Source of the DNA: a virus
DNA length: 7,519 bases
Direction: 5' to 3' (one strand)
Virus record (IMG/VR): IMGVR_UViG_3300001195_000001
Coordinates: 1 to 7,519 of that record
The notes under the pieces are model-generated. The model made no database searches, was not told the origin of the DNA, and worked only from the letters and a program-made list of their open reading frames with translations. Positions within the stretch are counted from its first letter, which is position 1. Every line of letters begins with the position of its first letter. Made by a program: the position numbers and the translations under genes. This document shows, piece by piece, positions 4,459 to 7,519 of the stretch.

Positions 4459-4758
4459 ATGGCTATGACTATCAAGATCGAAACCACCGGCAACTTCCGT
4501 ACCGGTACCGCTGCCAAGTCTGGCAAGCCCTATTGGATGGCCGAAGCCTACGCGCACCTGCCGGGTGTCCCGTACCCGCAGAAGTTCAGCTACTACGCCG
4601 CCTCACAGCAGGAAGTGCTGCCGGTCGGTCATTACGAATGTGACGTTTCCTGCTCGATCAAGGATGACCGTATCCACTTTGAGGTGGACCCGCGCCAAGC
4701 CCGCCGCATTGCCAACCCGGCGCCCGCTGCTGTCGCGCCTGCCAAGGTTGCCGGCTGA
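4459..4758 (+). CDS. ssDNA-binding protein, gene V-like (OB-fold helix-destabilising protein), 99 aa
   Basis: An AAGAGG RBS lies 8 nt upstream. The translation MAMTIKIETTGNFRTGTAAKSGKPYWMAEAYAHLPGVPYP...LPVGHYECDV parallels Ff gVp (IKVEI...RQGKPY...EYP...APGLYTV) and the Pf3 ssDNA-binding protein as I recall them. It sits between rep and the coat genes. Confidence 0.75.
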   Translation: MAMTIKIETTGNFRTGTAAKSGKPYWMAEAYAHLPGVPYPQKFSYYAASQQEVLPVGHYECDVSCSIKDDRIHFEVDPRQARRIANPAPAAVAPAKVAG

Positions 4759-4760
4759 CC

Positions 4761-5036
4761 ATGGCGCTCTGCGTAGAACTGGTCGGCTCGACCCTCACCG
4801 CCGTTGGTGAGTATTCCGACGCCTGCTCGGGCTACGCACTTATGACCGCGCAAGAGTTCGCCAGTACGCCAACGCTGGCGGCGCTCTTCGCAGTACCGGA
4901 ACCAGAGACTGTCCAGACCGCTTTCGCTGCTGGGCTGACTCTGCCGCTAATGCTCTGGCTTTCCGCCTGGGCGTTCGGTGTTGTAGTGAGTTACATCAAC
5001 TCACGCACCGATGACACTGTAATCAACGAGGAGTAA
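4761..5036 (+). CDS. Hypothetical small membrane protein (candidate minor virion or assembly protein, g7/g9 position), 91 aa
   Basis: It starts 2 nt after the gV stop. It has one strong TM segment (LTLPLMLWLSAWAFGVVVSYI). It lies immediately upstream of the major coat gene. Confidence 0.55.
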   Translation: MALCVELVGSTLTAVGEYSDACSGYALMTAQEFASTPTLAALFAVPEPETVQTAFAAGLTLPLMLWLSAWAFGVVVSYINSRTDDTVINEE

Positions 5037-5041
5037 CAAAC

Positions 5042-5176
5042 ATGGACTTTTCCGCAATCGTAGGTGCTGTTGACGCTTCCACTATCGTGGCTGCTATTGC
5101 TGCCATTGCTGCAATCAAGGTTCTGCCCGGCGTCGCTAAATGGGGCTTCAACAAGGTCATCGGCTGGTTCCGCTAA
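5042..5176 (+). CDS. Major coat protein (pVIII-like), 44 aa, without a cleavable signal peptide (Pf3-type)
   Basis: Not in the ORF track (<60 aa). A strong GAGGAG RBS lies 8 nt upstream. The translation is MDFSAIVGAVDASTIVAAIAAIAAIKVLPGVAKWGFNKVIGWFR: acidic N-terminus, hydrophobic core, basic/aromatic C-terminus. It is followed by a terminator and precedes the pIII-like gene. Confidence 0.8.
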   Translation: MDFSAIVGAVDASTIVAAIAAIAAIKVLPGVAKWGFNKVIGWFR

Positions 5177-5197
5177 GAACCACGCTGACGCCTCGCC

Positions 5198-5228
5198 GGA
5201 GGCCCCTTCGGGGGCCTTCTTCGTTTCA
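5198..5228 (+). terminator. Rho-independent terminator/attenuator after the major coat gene
   Basis: 9-bp stem GGAGGCCCC / GGGGCCTTC with a TTCG tetraloop (5198-5219), followed by TTCGTTTC. This is the classical inovirus position, which sets the high coat : low pIII transcript ratio. Confidence 0.7.
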
Positions 5229-5277
5229 GGGGACAAACAATGCTAATTCAATTCGGACTGTTCTTTTGGGGGGCGTT

Positions 5278-6639
5278 ATGCGCTTGGGCAATTATTTCTG
5301 GCTTTTCTTCGCGCTAGCTTTCTTTCCTGCGCATGCGTATTCAGCCGATTACTATTGGCTATATGGAAGTGTAACCACTCAATATTCGGACGCCGAAACT
5401 GCCTGTAGTAGTAACCTTCCTGCCAATACTTCCACTTATCGTTATCGACACTCACGTGTAGAGAAGTCGAGTTCTCCAACTCAGTATTGGTGTTATGTCA
5501 TTCGCACCACAATTTCTACCGGCACTGAAACTGAGCTTTATATCATTGGCGGCACACCACGGCGCGCCAATAGATATGGTGATACTTGTCCGTCCGGTAC
5601 TGTTTACGATGAACTAATAGGTAAGTGCGTAGTACCAGATAATCCGTGTGCTGAAAAAGCAGGTCTTGAGACTGGATTCTCAAAAGCAGGTACGGCGCCT
5701 GACGACTTTATGAATATTTCCAGTAACGGTTACGGAATACCTCAGCGCCAGGGCTGTAAGGATGGTTGTGCTGTAGAGCTGACTGATATGCGCTGCAAAA
5801 CGTTTACTAGCGGCCCTTATATCTGCCGTGGTCTTTCAGGTTTTACCGGTCAGCAATGCTCCTCCACTGGTACGGGCACTCAGATTGATGAAGATGCCAA
5901 CCAGAATGTCGATCCCGAAACTGTAAAAGAGGACAAGCCGTGCGTTTATACGGCGGATGGTGATAAACAGGTTTGCGAGTCGAAAAAGAGCGAGGAAAAC
6001 ACCGGCCAGTCCTGCGGTACTGTCAACGGGGTTGAAACATGTGTGCCCAAGGCGCCGGATAAGAATGGGATCGACATCCGTACTGAGGCGACTACCACGA
6101 CCAATCCAGACGGCACGACTACCACGACGAAAAAAGACACTGCCACTACGACAACCTGTAAGGGCATAAAGAACTGCACAACCACAACCACAACTGTTAC
6201 GACCACCACGACGAAGAACGCCAATGGCCAAACCACCGGCTCTAGCTCTACCTGCTCAGGTCCTCAATGCCCGAATAAGAGTGGCAACCCTGACGCAGAC
6301 GGCGATGGCTTCGGTGATTGTGTTGGTGGCAATTGCGGCGGTGCTATGCCCGGTGGTTCAGAAGTTGGAGCGCAAGACTGGTTTACTCCCGGCGAAGATA
6401 CCTTTGGCAGTGTCCTGACTCAGTTTTCGCAGAAGGTTCAACTACTGCCGGTTAGTGTTCAAACAACCAAGTTCCTCACTTTTAATGCTTCTGGATCATG
6501 CCCAAGCTGGAGTGTCTCAACTTGGGTTTTTGACTTCGATTTTGATCAGTTCTGCACTGGTGATATTCCTTGGTCTGCAATCGCGGCGGTCATCATCGCG
6601 GCTGCTTCTTTTCTCGCATTCCGTATTGCTTTCATGTGA
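5278..6639 (+). CDS. pIII-like adsorption / minor coat protein (receptor-binding), 453 aa
   Basis: Signal peptide MRLGNYFWLFFALAFFPAHAYSA. There are Cys-rich N-terminal domains, a poly-Thr linker, a Gly/Asp-rich segment and a C-terminal TM anchor IPWSAIAAVIIAAASFLAFRIAFM. It lies between the coat and pVI-like genes. Track ORF start 5140 is rejected because it overlaps the coat gene and terminator. Confidence 0.75.
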   Translation: MRLGNYFWLFFALAFFPAHAYSADYYWLYGSVTTQYSDAETACSSNLPANTSTYRYRHSRVEKSSSPTQYWCYVIRTTISTGTETELYIIGGTPRRANRYGDTCPSGTVYDELIGKCVVPDNPCAEKAGLETGFSKAGTAPDDFMNISSNGYGIPQRQGCKDGCAVELTDMRCKTFTSGPYICRGLSGFTGQQCSSTGTGTQIDEDANQNVDPETVKEDKPCVYTADGDKQVCESKKSEENTGQSCGTVNGVETCVPKAPDKNGIDIRTEATTTTNPDGTTTTTKKDTATTTTCKGIKNCTTTTTTVTTTTTKNANGQTTGSSSTCSGPQCPNKSGNPDADGDGFGDCVGGNCGGAMPGGSEVGAQDWFTPGEDTFGSVLTQFSQKVQLLPVSVQTTKFLTFNASGSCPSWSVSTWVFDFDFDQFCTGDIPWSAIAAVIIAAASFLAFRIAFM

Positions 6640-6647
6640 GGTGAGCA

Positions 6648-6941
6648 ATGGAGATTTTCACACTTGAATTCTGGAAAGGCCTCTGGGACGACTTCACTGA
6701 GTATCTTTCAGATCTTCCGATACAGTTGCTTAAAAAGTTCCTAGATGGTGTCTTAGAGGTTCTTGGAACTATCCAGCCACCGGCGTTCATGGCTACACCT
6801 ATCAGCGATCACCTCGGCCCGACGATGGAGTTCATCGGGTTTTTCCTGAGTCAGTCCGGTATCAGTCAGGCCTTCAGCATCCTGCTTGCTGCCGTGCTCT
6901 TTCGCCTTGCTCGCAAGGCCATCACCCTGGGGCGCTGGTAA
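6648..6941 (+). CDS. pVI / Ace-like minor coat protein, 97 aa
   Basis: A GAGGTGA RBS lies upstream. Size and position (immediately before zot, TAATG overlap) match. The hydrophobic C-terminus FIGFFLSQSGISQAFSILLAAVLFRLARKAI and the N-terminus FWKGLWDDFTEYL resemble my recollection of CTXphi Ace (97 aa). Confidence 0.6.
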   Translation: MEIFTLEFWKGLWDDFTEYLSDLPIQLLKKFLDGVLEVLGTIQPPAFMATPISDHLGPTMEFIGFFLSQSGISQAFSILLAAVLFRLARKAITLGRW

Positions 6942-7519
6942 TGGCTATTCACTTTCATGAAGGCCTGCCGGGTGCTGGCAAGTCCTATGAGGCGTGCGTC
7001 TATCACATCCTGCCCGCTCTCAAGTCCGGACGGCAGGTCATTACCAATATTCGCGGCGTCAACTGGGACAAGTTCGCTGAGCTTCTAGACGAGCCCGTTG
7101 AGTATGTTCGCATGCTGCTGCTGTACATCGAGCCGGCCGAGCAGGACGGGGAGGCCGCCGACATTGAGCGCGTGAAGAACGAGTTCGCCGATCGCACGCC
7201 TGATAACGCGATGATCGTCTGGGACGAGATTCAGGATTACTTCCCAAGCGGCAACTACAAGCTCCCGCTTAACCAGCAGAAGTTTTGGACCGAGCATCGC
7301 CACCGCGGGCTTGAAATCGTCATCATGGGTCAGGACCGCGATGATGTGCATAAGATCATCCGCAGCCGGATCGAGGATATCGTTTACTTCCTCAAGCTGC
7401 AGGCGGTTGGGCGTCCCAATCAGTACAAGTGGGAGCAGCTGCAGAAGCAAGCCAAGGGCCGATTCGTGAAGATCGGTTCAGGCGTTCGAACCTATGAATC
7501 CAAGTACTTCGGTCTTTAC
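6941..7519 (+). CDS. zot: Zot / pI-like phage assembly P-loop NTPase, 5' part (runs off the window end and continues at base 259 of the circle; the full gene is 6941->7261 joined to 1->957, 425 aa)
   Basis: The ATG at 6941 overlaps the upstream stop (TAATG). The translation begins MAIHFHEGLPGAGKSYEACVYHILPAL. Walker A GLPGAGKS lies at 6962-6985 and a Walker B-like MIVWDE at 7211-7228. The gene sits last in the morphogenesis module. It is absent from the ORF track only because it has no stop inside the window. Confidence 0.85.
   Translation, partial: MAIHFHEGLPGAGKSYEACVYHILPALKSGRQVITNIRGVNWDKFAELLDEPVEYVRMLLLYIEPAEQDGEAADIERVKNEFADRTPDNAMIVWDEIQDYFPSGNYKLPLNQQKFWTEHRHRGLEIVIMGQDRDDVHKIIRSRIEDIVYFLKLQAVGRPNQYKWEQLQKQAKGRFVKIGSGVRTYESKYFGLY
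7262..7519. repeat. Terminal redundancy copy 2 (identical to 1-258)
   Basis: Same comparison as copy 1. The offset is 7261 nt. Confidence 0.95.

Larger units (their letters stand above)
1..7261. mobile_element. Complete circular filamentous-phage (inovirus-like) genome, one unit length of 7261 bp
   Basis: Exact 258-nt terminal redundancy (1-258 = 7262-7519). The canonical inovirus module order is present: rep, ssDNA-binding protein, small coat protein, pIII-like, pVI/Ace-like, Zot/pI. Genes are compact, with many ATGA/TAATG overlaps. Confidence 0.85.

Noticed and set aside
4131-4643. 170-aa + ORF and the 136-aa minus ORF at 4147-4557
   Set aside because: The translations are Arg/Pro/Ser-rich out-of-frame readings across the 4174-4446 ORF and the gV-like gene, which has clear family resemblance in its own frame.
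5140-5277. Upstream extension of the pIII-like ORF (track start 5140)
   Set aside because: The extension overlaps the 3' end of the major coat gene and the terminator hairpin. The Met at 5278 is followed by a textbook signal peptide and is preceded by a G-rich RBS.
5836-6236. Minus-strand ORFs 5836-6231 and 5946-6236 (poly-Val/Gly translations)
   Set aside because: They are the mirror image of the ACN (Thr) repeat region of the pIII-like gene, so they are compositional artefacts.
7085-7450. 121-aa minus-strand ORF, together with 7003-7197 and 7059-7247
   Set aside because: All are antisense shadows of the zot/pI N-terminal domain, whose Walker A/B motifs fix the true frame.
1-7519. CRISPR arrays, tRNA/rRNA genes, IS elements, integrase
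   Set aside because: I saw no spaced direct-repeat array, no cloverleaf-compatible sequence, no terminal inverted repeats bracketing a transposase-like ORF, and no recombinase-like ORF on either strand.

Overview
The window is one complete, circularly permuted genome of a filamentous (Inoviridae-type) phage or its replicative form. Bases 7262-7519 repeat bases 1-258 exactly, so the unit length is 7261 bp. Joining the ends restores a Zot/pI-like assembly ATPase gene in frame (6941->7261 joined to 1->957).

Gene order on the + strand follows the CTXphi/Vibrio- and Pf3-like plan. It runs: divergent small RHH-like regulator (-), RCR replication initiator (gene II/X family), three small translationally coupled ORFs, gV-like ssDNA-binding protein, small membrane protein, 44-aa leaderless major coat protein, terminator, Cys/Thr-rich pIII-like adsorption protein, Ace/pVI-like protein, and Zot/pI. 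I find no pIV secretin, integrase, transposase, tRNA or CRISPR.

The most interesting part lies downstream of zot, in four elements:
- A ~100-nt imperfect hairpin (969-1070) whose two arms are inverted dif-like XerC/XerD sites, resembling the CTXphi-type single-stranded attP.
- A convergent three-gene accessory/regulatory module. It has an RHH-like ORF on + (1057-1302) facing an ATGA-coupled pair on - (a 77-aa very acidic protein and a 143-aa protein with an AT-hook-like basic N-terminus).
- Four copies of a ~15-nt motif (AACGTTAC-N-WWWAAT). Two lie inside the dif-like sites and two lie in the promoter region of the minus-strand pair.
- A 360-nt structured, ORF-free intergenic region (2081-2441), probably carrying origin and packaging functions.

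All functional calls rest on reading the translations and motifs by eye. No database search was possible.
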